Positions 21,401 to 32,923 of a DNA stretch of 64,000 bases are shown one piece after another (positions within the stretch are counted from its first letter, which is position 1; every line of letters starts with the position of its first letter). Source of the DNA: an uncultured Bacteroidota bacterium (GTDB taxonomy: Bacteria; Bacteroidota; Bacteroidia; Chitinophagales; Chitinophagaceae). The notes beneath the pieces are model-generated. The model saw only the letters and a list, made by a program, of their open reading frames with translations. It was not told the DNA's origin and ran no database searches. A program made the translations under genes and the position numbers. Location: contig CAVSYG010000001.1 in the NCBI GenBank assembly GCA_963732055.1, positions 73,756 to 137,755 of the forward strand. The letters are read 5' to 3'.

Positions 21401-24400
21401 GCACCTGTGGCGAATGCGGGAAGTAATCAGACGATCACGCTACCGGTTTCATCGGTTACACTCAATGGTAATGGATCAACGGGTACAATAACCAGTTATG
21501 GCTGGACGAATATCTCCGGACCTAATACACCGGTAATTACAACACCTTCCAATGTTTCAACAACCGTCACCGGATTGATCCAGGGCAGTTATGTATTTCA
21601 GCTTTCATTAAATGCAGGCGCCAGTGTTTCTCAAGTTACCGTAACTGTAAATGCAGTTTCAACCTCCACCACTATATTCACAACACAAACACCGGCGGGG
21701 CCTACCGAAAATGATGCTTTGGCACTTGAGCTCGGAGTGAAATTCCGGACAAATACGGCTGGTTCTATCACCGGCATTCGCTTCTACAAGACGACTGGGA
21801 ATTCAGGCACCCATATAGGAGAATTGTATTCTTCTACCGGCACCCGGTTGGCACAGGCAACATTTACAGGCGAAACGGCGACCGGATGGCAACAAGTGCT
21901 CTTTAGTTCGCCCGTGGCAATCACGGCAGGTACAACCTATGTCGCTGCTTATTTCAGCAGTTCCGGTAACTATACCAGCACATCAAACTATTTCACGACC
22001 GCAGTAGTGAATGGTCCGATTACTGCTTTGGCAGATGGAACAGATGGCTCCAACGGAGTATACAGATATTCTACAACGGCTGTTTTCCCTTCCAGCACAT
22101 ACCAAAAAAGTAATTACTGGGTGGATGCCATATTTTCTTCCGGGCCTGTTGCACCGGTTGCAAATGCGGGTGCTAATCAGACCATAACATTACCAACGTC
22201 TAGGTGTCACACTGAACGGCAGTGGCTCTACAGGCGCAATCAGCAGTTATTCATGGACGTTAGTATCCGGACCAAACGTGCCGGTAATTACTACGCCCAC
22301 TACCGTGTCGACAACAGTAACCGGATTAATACAGGGAACTTATGTGTTCAAATTATCTTTAAATGGTGCCGTAAGTACTTCTCAGGTTACCATTACTGTA
22401 AACGCTGCACAGACTGTCGTTGCAAATGCGGGGGCTAATCAGACGATCGTCTTGCCGGCGTCTTCTGTAACACTGAATGGCAGCGGTTCAACCGGTACCA
22501 TTAGCAGTTATTCATGGACGTTAGTATCCGGACCAAACGTGCCGGTAATTACTACGCCCACTGCCGTGTCGACAACCGTGACCGGATTGATCCAGGGAAC
22601 TTATGTGTTCCAACTTTCAGTAAATGGTGGAGCAAGCACAGCACAGGTTACCATACAGGTAAATCCTGCTCCGCCACCTGTTGCTAATGCGGGCCCCAAA
22701 CAGACTATTACGTTACCGACTTCAACGGTGACTCTTAACGGCAGTGGTTCTACCGGCACCATATCCAGTTATGCCTGGAGTTTTGTTTCGGGTCCCAATA
22801 CACCTACTATAACAACTCCTACAACTGTAAAGACAACTGTTACAGGTCTGATTCAGGGCACATATATTTTTCAGCTTGCTCTGAATGGAACAGTCAGTAC
22901 AGCAAGAGATACTGTAATCGTAAATCGCCGCTGCCGCACCTGTGGCGAATGCGGGAAGTAATCAGACGATCACGCTACCGGTTTCATCGGTTACACTCAA
23001 TGGTAATGGATCAACGGGTACAATAACCAGTTATGGCTGGACGAATATCTCCGGACCTAATACACCGGTAATTACAACACCTTCCAATGTTTCAACAACC
23101 GTCACCGGATTGATCCAGGGCAGTTATGTATTTCAGCTTTCATTAAATGCAGGCGCCAGTGTTTCTCAAGTTACCGTAACTGTAAATGCAGCTTCAACCT
23201 CCACCACTATATTCACAACACAAACACCGGCGGGGCCTACCGAAAACGATGGTTTGGCACTTGAGCTCGGAGTGAAATTCCGGACAAATACGGCTGGTTC
23301 TATCACCGGCATTCGCTTCTACAAGACGACCGGGAATTCAGGCACCCATATAGGAGAATTGTATTCTTCTACCGGCACCCGGTTGGCACAGGCAACATTT
23401 ACAGGCGAAACGGCGACAGGATGGCAACAAGTGCTCTTTAGTTCGCCCGTGGCAATCACGGCAGGTACAACCTATGTCGCTGCTTATTTCAGCAGTTCCG
23501 GTAACTATACCAGCACATCAAACTATTTCACGACCGCAGTAGTGAATGGTCCGATTACTGCTTTGGCAGATGGAACAGATGGCTCCAACGGAGTATACAA
23601 ATATTCTACAGCGGCTGCTTTTCCTTCCAGCACATACCAAAAAAGTAATTACTGGGTGGATGCCATATTCTCTTCCGGGCCTGTTGCACCGGTTGCAAAT
23701 GCGGGTGCTAATCAGACCATAACTTTACCAACTTCCACAGTTACACTGAACGGCAGTGGCTCTACAGGCACAATCAGCAGTTATTCATGGACGTTAGTAT
23801 CCGGACCAAACGTGCCGGTCATTACTACGCCCACTGCCGTGTCAACAACTGTAACCGGATTAATACAGGGAACTTATGTGTTCAAATTATCTTTAAATGG
23901 TGCCGTAAGTACTTCTCAGGTTACCATTACCGTAAACGCTGCACAGACTGTCGTTGCAAATGCGGGTGCTAATCAGACCATCGTCTTGCCTGCGTCTTCT
24001 GTAACACTGAATGGCAGCGGATCTACAGGTACTATTTCCAGTTATGCATGGACCAGGATTTCAGGTCCGGGCACACCCATAATTGCAACACCCAGTGGTG
24101 TAACAACTTTGGTAACCGGACTGGTACAGGGTACTTATGTATTTCAACTTTCACTAAATAGTGGCGCCAGTGTATCACAAGTAACCGTGAATGTGATTCC
24201 CGCTTCCACACCCGTAACTATTTTTACTACACAGACACCAACGGTAACCACGTCGAATGACGGGATCGGCATTGAAACAGGTGTAAAATTCCGCAGCAGT
24301 GTTGGCGGGACAATTACAGGCGTTCGCTTTTATAAAACATCCGGCAACACGGGTACTCATACAGGTGAACTATATTCATCAATTGGTGCAAGACTCGCCC

Positions 24401-27150
24401 AGGCGGTCTTTACAAATGAAACGGCCACAGGATGGCAGACGGTAATATTCAGTTCGCCTGTGCCAATTACTGCCGGTGTAACATATATCGCCGCTTGTTA
24501 CAGCAGTAGCGGAAACTACATAAGCACAGATAATTATTTTAATACAGCCGTTGTTAACGCACCATTGACCGCCCTGGCTGACGGAACCGACGGGCCAAAT
24601 GGTGTGTTTGTATATGGAAATGCTGCTGCGTACCCAGCGAATTCGGGTTCAAAGACTAATTATTGGGTAGATGCGATTTTTAACGGTTCGGTTAATACGG
24701 TCGATGTAACTCCTCCGGGAATAATAGTAACCAGTCCGGCAGCTGCTGCAACCAATGTATCCGCGAATTCATCTGTCAATGTATTCTTCAATGAAGAATT
24801 AAATCCGTCAACTGTGTCAGGTAATACTGTTTTCCTCCAGAATGGAACGACCAACATTGCATCCTCTGTGATCAATAATACTGAAGGAGGCGTGACGCTG
24901 ACACCTTCCGCACCGCTTAATCCCAACACTGTATATACGGTTACGGTAAAGGGCGGAACTGGTACAAATAAAATTACAGATGTCGCAGGAAACGCTTTGA
25001 CAAAAGATACGGTTTGGAGTTTCACTACAGCTCCCAAACCAACCGTGGCAATCCCTGCTAACGGACCCGGTGGTCCGATACTGCTGATTAGCTCCGCCTC
25101 AAATGCATTCAGCCGTTATCCAGTCGAAATACTGCGTGCCGAAGGTTGGAATGCTTTTAACGCATTGGATATTTCAGCTGTCACAACAACAGAAATAAAC
25201 AAATACGATGTGGTTGTTGTCGGAGATATTACTCTAACGGCCGCACAGGTAACCATGTTAACAAACTGGGTAAATGCAGGCGGAACGTTGATTGCATTTC
25301 ATCCGGATCCACAATTGTCTGCATTGCTGGGAATTTCTTCAGCCGGCGGAACAATGTCAGATAAATACCTGCTTGTAAATACGGCAACAGCGCCCGGACT
25401 CGGTATTGTGAACCAGACTATTCAATATCACGGCGTTGCCAATCTGTATAATGTAAATGCAGGTACCAATATTGTGGCTACTCTTTATTCAGATGCAACA
25501 ACGGCGACCATTTATCCGGCCGTGACCAGCAGGAATGTCGGAACACTCGGTGGACAGGCTATTGCGTTTGCATATGATCTGGCGAAATCGGTTGTATATA
25601 CAAGACAGGGCAATCCGGCTTGGGCAGGACAGAACCGCGACGGGCAGGATGCCGTTATTCGTGCGGATAATTTATTTTTTGGCAATGCATCTTTTGATCC
25701 GCAGCCGGATTGGGTAAACCTGAATAAGGTAGCCATACCGCAGGCAGATGAACAACAAAGATTATTCACGAATATTATAGTGGCTGGGAATTTCGATCGT
25801 AAACCATTACCGAGGTTCTGGTTCCTTCCGAAGGGGAAGAAAGCGGCTGTTGTGATGACGGGTGATGATCATGCGAACGGTGGAACCATGGGCAGATTTA
25901 ATAGATACCTGGCACTCAGTAGTTCAAATACACCCAGTGATGTGGCTAACTGGAATGCAATCCGGAGTACGTCATATATGTATCCGTTCTCTCCCATAAC
26001 TAATGCGCAGATCGCAATATATCAGAACCAGGGATTTGAACTTGCATTTCATCTGAATCCGAACTGCAGTGTATGGACACCTAGCCAACTTCAAAATTAT
26101 TTTAGTAGCCAGATGTCAGATTTCACAGACGAATATTATGTAGCGAATCCGCTGGCAACACATCGTATCCATTGTCTTTCATGGAGTGACTGGGCCACAT
26201 TGCCAAAAACAGAAGTTCAGCTTGGCATCCGTCTGAATGTGAGTTATTATTACTGGCCGCCTTCCTGGATTAATAACAGACCGGGTATGTTTACAGGATC
26301 TGGTATGCCTATGCGTTTTGCAGATACTGACGGTAGCCTGATTGACAACTACCAGGTGCCCAGTTATATGACTGATGAATCCGGTCAGACTTATCCCATG
26401 ACGATCGATTCACTGTTACTTCGTGCGACCGGGGCACAGGGGTATTATGGCGTTTTCTGCGCAAATATGCACACAGATGATTCTGCTTCTGCCGGTTCGG
26501 AAGCAATCATTGCTTCGGCACAGGCATTGCAAATTCCCGTGGTGTCTTCCAAACAAATGCTCGATTGGCTGGATGCAAGAAATAATTCTACATTCTCAAA
26601 TTATACCTGGTCAAACGGCACATTGGGCTTTACAGTAACACAGGATCCTAAGGCGCTGAATTTAAAAGGCATGTTACCGCAAACTATTTCCGCGGGTAGT
26701 TTTATTTCACTTACTCAAAACGGATTAGCTGTTAATACCACGATTGAAACCATTAAGGGAATTAGTTATGTTTTCTTTGATGCAAGCAACGGTAATTATG
26801 TCGCGACATATGCAGTAACCGCTCCTGGTGCCGGCAGTAATCCTGCTTTGGCTCAAATTGCACCGGCCTCAGAGTCTGATTCAACAAACTTCACGAATTA
26901 CCTGGGTCAGAATTATCCTAATCCATTTAGTCTGAATACAAGAATCAATTATAGTATTGCTGCAAGTAATGTCGTTGAATTGATTTTATACGACATGCAG
27001 GGAAGGCCGGAAAAAGTTATGGTAAATGAAGTAAAAAAAGCAGGTAACTATGTTTACGATTTGAATACGGGTAACCTGGCGAAGGGAGTTTATTTCTACA
27101 GAATCCGTTCCGGAAGTTTTATCGATGTAAAAAAACTGATTATTCAATAA
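18473..27150 (+). CDS. Giant T9SS-secreted multidomain protein (~2,891 aa after removing two +1 insertions): DMFase-beta-like domain, Ig-like domain, 4x DUF4082, 9x PKD-like repeats, SbsA/Big_5-like Ig, shared ~585-aa module, CTD
   Basis: Track ORFs 18473..22438, 22278..22961 and 22942..27150 join into one frame. The insertions at ~22203 (extra G) and 22926 (extra C) are shown by the internal duplicate copy. Motifs TWQAYN, VGHDEYWS, GxKF..TGIRFYK..NYWVD, ANAGxNQTITLP, and CTD LGQNYPNPF..LAKGVYFYRI. Confidence 0.85.
21037..24025 (+). repeat. Intragenic tandem duplication, unit ~1,533 bp (511 aa: PKD repeats plus one DUF4082)
   Basis: ACCGTGACCG at 21041 recurs at 22575, ACTGTTACAGGTCTG at 21302 recurs at 22836, and CCGGATTAATACAGGG at 22321 recurs at 23855 (offset 1534 each, including one spurious inserted base). 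Confidence 0.92.
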
Positions 27151-27174
27151 CACTAGGTATAACGCGTTAGAACC

Positions 27175-27235
27175 ATGTCATATTTTGGGAGTTTCTGTCA
27201 AAAGATATTGACAGAAATTCCCAGAATATGTACAT
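27175..27235 (+). terminator. Long intergenic stem-loop (terminator or mRNA-stability hairpin)
   Basis: 23-bp stem 27179-27201/27208-27230 with a 6-nt loop AAGATA. The only two non-Watson-Crick pairs are G-U on the plus strand. Confidence 0.65.
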
Positions 27236-27542
27236 TCTTTCCACAATTCTTACTTATTTGAAGGTGAACTAATTGATATACAGTCTGTTACGACTTATAT
27301 CAAAGACTTTGTTATCGATTTATAATAATTGCCTATTTACTATACTTTACCAGATATTGTTTTTATTTTGCGGCATCCAATCCTGTCTATTTACTGAATA
27401 AGACACTGAGATATTATTACATAAATGTCCACGGCTGTCTTATTAACTTTCCAAATCCGCCTGTTTCCATCCAGATCCTTTTTCAAAATCAAATTCGTTT
27501 TCGAAGAAAGCAACATTCATAATAGACAGTAATTCGTGCGCT

Positions 27543-30500
27543 ATGTATCAGAAAACTTTACCCTATGTCAGGGGAATAAAATATTTTATTATTTTATTCC
27601 TTGCATTTTTTTCCTTCCATTCCTCCTTTTCCCAAAATCCGATTGTTACTGAGAATGCACAGATAGGGACACCTGCTTCAACTTGGGATATTCCAACAAA
27701 AGATGCTGGTGATTCTTCTATCCAGGGATTTGCGACGGATATTAGTGTAAATGTTGGTGGTACGATAAACTTTAAAATTGATGTCAATACGGGAACTGAT
27801 AAGACTTTTAATATTTCAATTTATCGAATAGGTTATTATCAGGGGAACGGCGCGCGTCTGATTGCTGATTTAGGACCGGGCTTTACTTTTAACGGTATCG
27901 CCCAGGGTGGTTGTAACTATGATGGTGCAACGGGTCTTACTGATTGTGGAAACTGGACTACCACGGCTTCATGGAATGTTCCTGCAGGCGCTGTATCTGG
28001 ACTATATATCGCTAAACTTACAAGGTCGGCAGCAGGCGGTGGAGGGACCAGTCATATCCCATTTGTCGTACGAAATGATGCTCCAACAAATACCTCTGCA
28101 CTTTTCTTTAAGACTTCGGATGCTACCTGGCAGGCTTATAATAATTATGGAGGCAACAGTTTATATGTCGGAGCTGGCTTACCGAATAACCATGCATCAA
28201 AAGTCAGTTACAATCGTCCCTTTCTTACCCGCTCAGGTGGTGGGGGCGGTGCCGCAAGGGAAGACTGGTTTATGAATGCCGAGTATCCAATGATCCGTTT
28301 TCTGGAGTCAAACGGATTTGACGTCAGTTACACTACGGATATGGACCTTGTTCGCAATAATGTAAATAATATTAATCTTTTATTGAATCATAAAATATTT
28401 CTGTCAAACGGCCATGATGAATATTGGTCCAAGGAAGAAAGGAATACCGTTGAAGCAGCAAAAGCGGCTGGAAAAAATCTGGCTTTCTTCAGCGGAAACG
28501 AAATATATTGGAAAACAAGATGGGAAAACAGTATTGATGGTACAAGTACTCCTTTTCGTACCATGGTATGTTATAAAGAAGGTGCACTGCCAACAGCCCA
28601 GGAAAATGCCTGTGGAGATAAATGTGATGTTTCAACAAACGAATGGACAGGCTTATGGCGAGACGGATGTAATTATACCGGTGTGACGGACGCATGTAAA
28701 CCTGAAAACGCATTATCCGGGCAGATCAGCTGGGACGGAATTCCGGGCACAATAACAGTTCCTGATACTTATAAAAATTTAAGATTCTGGCGTAATACAG
28801 CTGTAGCCACGCTGGGAACCGGGGTAACGCAAACACTCACCAATGGAACATTGGGATACGAGTGGGATTGGTTTCAATATAGCAGTACGTATCCGCCGGG
28901 AAGGGTTAGGATGTCAAGCACTACATTAGACGGCCGGATACATAATTTATCCTTATACAAAGATGTAACCAGTAAAGCCCTGGTATTCGGTGCAGGGACG
29001 GTACAATGGGCCTGGGGACTAGATGCCAATCACGATATCAATGAGCTAAGTAATGGTGGTGCTGCCGATCGAAATATGCAGCAGGCTACGATCAATCTGT
29101 TTGCAGATATGGGCGTTCAGCCGGCTACAATTCAAAGTCCGCTTACCATTGCTACGCAATCAACAGATATTACACCGCCTGTTACAACAATTACATCACC
29201 GGCCAATGGTACGCAGATACCGGAAAGCGCAACTTTCAATATTACGGGAACTGCCACAGATGTGGGTGGTGTAGTTGCAGGCGTCGAAGTATCCGTAGAT
29301 GGCGGCCTCACCTGGCAACCCGCTACCGGTACGACGAACTGGAGTTTTTCCTGGCTGCCAACTGCGCAGGGGACTGTAACGATAAAAAGTCGTGCTTTTG
29401 ATGATATCGGAAACCTGGAATCTCCCGGTGGAAGTGAAGGTTCGGCTAATACCGTAACAGTATCAGTAGTTTCAGGTACACCGCCAACAAACTGCCCTTG
29501 CTCTATATTATACACAACCGTCACAAAGCCCGACCAACAATAATGATCTGAATCAACATGATCGGACCGGGTGGCATCACAGTCGGCGTAAAATTTAAAG
29601 CTGATTTTGATGGTAAAATTACACGGAATCAGATTTTTTAAAGCGCCTCTTGATAACGCGACGACAGATGAACACGTGACATTATATGCATATAAGTCCG
29701 GATGGTGGAGTCAGCCCTGGAACGGCGATAGCTACTGCCAGTCTGCCATCAAATTTTACGCATGATCAGGTAAACGGAGAGTGGGCAGAGGTTTTATTTG
29801 CAACGCCTTTTCAGATTACGGCAAATACTGTTTATGTAGCTACTTATTATAGCCCTACCGGATATTACAATGCTACCGATAATTCTTTTACAAATCCGGT
29901 TGTAAATGGTCCGCTGGCTATATTGAAGGATGGTGACGAGGGCGTTAATGGTGCATATATTTACGATGACGCATACCCGACTAATGGATTTCAGGCATCC
30001 AACTATTGGGTCGATGTAGATTATTCAAACGGCGCTGATATTACACCACCAACGGTTATTTTTAATAATCCTGCATCAGGTGCGACGAATATCAACATCA
30101 ATAGTTCAATTTCAGCTACATTCAGCGAGAATATAAACCCGTCTACGGTAACCGGAGCTACTTTTGTATTAAAAGATGGTTCGGGAAATATAATACCTGG
30201 AACCGTCAGCTATTCTGTTGGCACAAGGTCAGCGACTATACTTTTGTCATCTCCCCTCGATTATTCCACACAATACTTTGCTACGGTTACTGGTGGAGCT
30301 TCAGGAATAAAAGATCTGGCGACCCCTACCGCCAATGCCATGGTATCTGATTTTATATGGAGCTTTACAACAGTTCCCGTTCCGGCAATTCCGCCCGATG
30401 ATGGATCGGGTGGACCCATATTGATTGTTAGCAGTAACCTGAACCCGTATAGTCGGTACCTTGTAGAAATACTTAGGGCACAGGGATATACCGCTTTCAA

Positions 30501-32724
30501 AGCAGTAGATATTTCGGAAGTGGAATCAAACCCGGCGATGCTGAATGATTATGATATTATTTTGTTGGGCCAGATGACACTTAATTCAACAGATGTTGGA
30601 CTTTTTTCCTCGTGGACCAATGCAGGAGGCACGCTCATAGCGCAACGTCCCAGTACATTGCTTTATCCTTTGATGGGTATCACATCCAGCGGTACGAGAG
30701 TAGATAATATTACTAATACCTACCTGTTGGTAAATACCGCAACAGGGTTGCCGGGGACTGGTATTGTGAGCCAAACTATCCAATATCATGGTGATGCTGA
30801 TCTTTACAACATGAACGCGGGGACAACCAGCCTGGCGACGCTTTACTCTTCGGCTACTACAGCAACTGTTAATCCGGCAATTACAAGTAAGAATTGTGGT
30901 GCAGGTAAAGCAATCGCCTATGCATTTGACCTTGCAAAGTCCATCATACTGACAAGACAGGGAAATATGGCATGGGCAGGTTCCAGTAGAGACGGGCAGA
31001 CGGGACCAACCAGATCCGATAATTTATTTTTCCCGAATTGGGTTGATTTTAATAAAATACAAATTCCGCAGGCAGATGAACAACAACATTTGCTAACTAA
31101 TATCATTCTGCTCGATAATCTGAATAAGAAACCTTTACCACACCTATGGATTTTGCCGAGCGGATTAAAAGCGGCTGTGATAATGACCGGAGATGATCAT
31201 AACAATGGAAGTTATCCCGGAAGTTCCGGAACAGCCGGCCGGTTTAATGAATACAGAGATATGAGTACTGATAATTCTCCCGGGGCTGTTGATGACTGGA
31301 AAGCAATCAGGGGCACCTCCTATGTTTTTAACGACATATCGATGTCGATCGATTCGGTAGCTTATTATCAATCTCTGGGATTTGAAATTGCATTGCATCC
31401 GAATACCAATTGTATAAATTTTACTCCGGCATCTTTAACAAGTACCATATCCACCCAACTATCACAGCTTGAGGCACAATTGCCCACTTTGATGTCTCCG
31501 GTTACCAACAGGACCCATTGCATGCCATGGAGTGACTGGGCGTCTCAACCAAAGATTGAAAATTCGTTCGGTATCCGGTTTGATGTAAATTATTATTACT
31601 GGCCTAGCACCTGGGTTCAAAACAGGCCCGGACTGTTTACAGGTTCCGGTATGCCGATGCGTTTTGCGGATAATGACGGAACGCTGATTGATTGTTTTCA
31701 GGCCCCGACCCAAATACCAGATGAATCCGGATTGGATATCACAAATAGCATCAATACATTGCTGGATAACGCCATTAACAAGGGATATTATGGGGCATTT
31801 GTTATGAACATGCACACGGATACTGCCATACATGTAGGTTCAGATCAAATCATCGCTTCAGCGAAGGCAAGAAATATTCCCATTATCAGTGCTAGGCAAA
31901 TGCTGACCTGGCTGGATAGCCGGAATGGTACAAAGTTTAGTAATATCGCCTGGGATAATGTTGCCAAAAAGTTGAGCTTTGATCTGACAACAACTGCACA
32001 CAATCTGCAGGCCATGGTGCCTTTCAACTCTGCTGATGGCACACTGTTGCAGGTGACCGGAGGTGGAACGCCTGTTACGGTTACCACACAAACTGTAAAA
32101 GGAATTGCCTACGGATTTTTTCCTGCCAGCTCACAAAGTTATGTGGCTACATATTCAAGTACTCCATTGCCCATCACACTACTGAATTTTACAGTTACCA
32201 AACAGGGTGATAATGCACAACTGAACTGGTCAACTTCATCGGAAGAAAATAATAAGGGTTTTGAAATACAGCGTAGCACAGATCAATCCAACTGGACTGT
32301 ATTGAATTTTATCGCTGGTGCTGGAAACAGTCAGACTGAAAAGGATTATCAATATCTTGATCAGAATCTGCCCGCTGGAACTTATTATTATCGTCTGCGA
32401 CAGGTTGATTATGATGGTAATTCATCTTTCAGCAAAGTTGTACCGGTGACTTTTGATGGAGGTATGGCGTTGGAGTTGAAACAGAATCATCCGAATCCGT
32501 TCAGTAATTATACTTCGATTTCTATGGTCATTCCAAAAGCCGGTCGTGTGCAACTGATGTTATATGACCAGATGGGCAGACCCATACAGCAATTAATGGA
32601 TGAGGAAAAAATGCCCGGAACGTATACCGTAACGGTGAATAAGAACGGATTGAGTTCTGGCATTTATTATTATAAAATGAATGCGCTCGGACAAGTGATC
32701 GTAAAGAAAATGACAATTTTGTAA
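27543..32724 (+). CDS. Second T9SS-secreted paralog (~1,725 aa after removing four +1 insertions): DMFase-beta-like domain, Ig, DUF4082, Big_5-like Ig, shared module, LPITL-type Ig-like domain, CTD
   Basis: ORFs 27543..29543 and 29686..32724 are bridged by DUF4082 fragments (GGITVGVKF, GIRFFKA) in successive frames at 29530-29690. N-terminal domain is closely similar to paralog 1. CTD LKQNHPNPF..LSSGIYYYKM. Confidence 0.85.
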
Positions 32725-32740
32725 ATACAAATTTTAAAAT

Positions 32741-32776
32741 AAAAGCCGCTGATTATCCAGCGGCTTTTTTTTGTTT
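32741..32776 (+). terminator. Intrinsic terminator after paralog 2
   Basis: AAAAGCCGCTG-ATTATC-CAGCGGCTTTT followed by a long T-run. Confidence 0.9.
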
Positions 32777-32923
32777 AATGGCTCATTTCTTTTTTACTTA
32801 TCCACACTTTTTGGATTCTCACCTTGAAAACCCTGAATAAATATCTCAGGTATTTTGCATATGAATTGGCGAAGTTCACTAATATTGGATCTCGTATGAG
32901 CAGCATGGAACGAGAAAAAAATA

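Noticed and set aside
22195-22930. Programmed ribosomal frameshifting or phase variation at the breaks in the giant gene
   Set aside because: No slippery heptamer or long simple-sequence tract at either site, and the duplicate copy shows the uninterrupted sequence.
22278-22961. Independent 227-aa gene called by the ORF track
   Set aside because: It is the in-frame middle portion (PKD repeats) of the giant protein between two insertions, with no signal peptide of its own.
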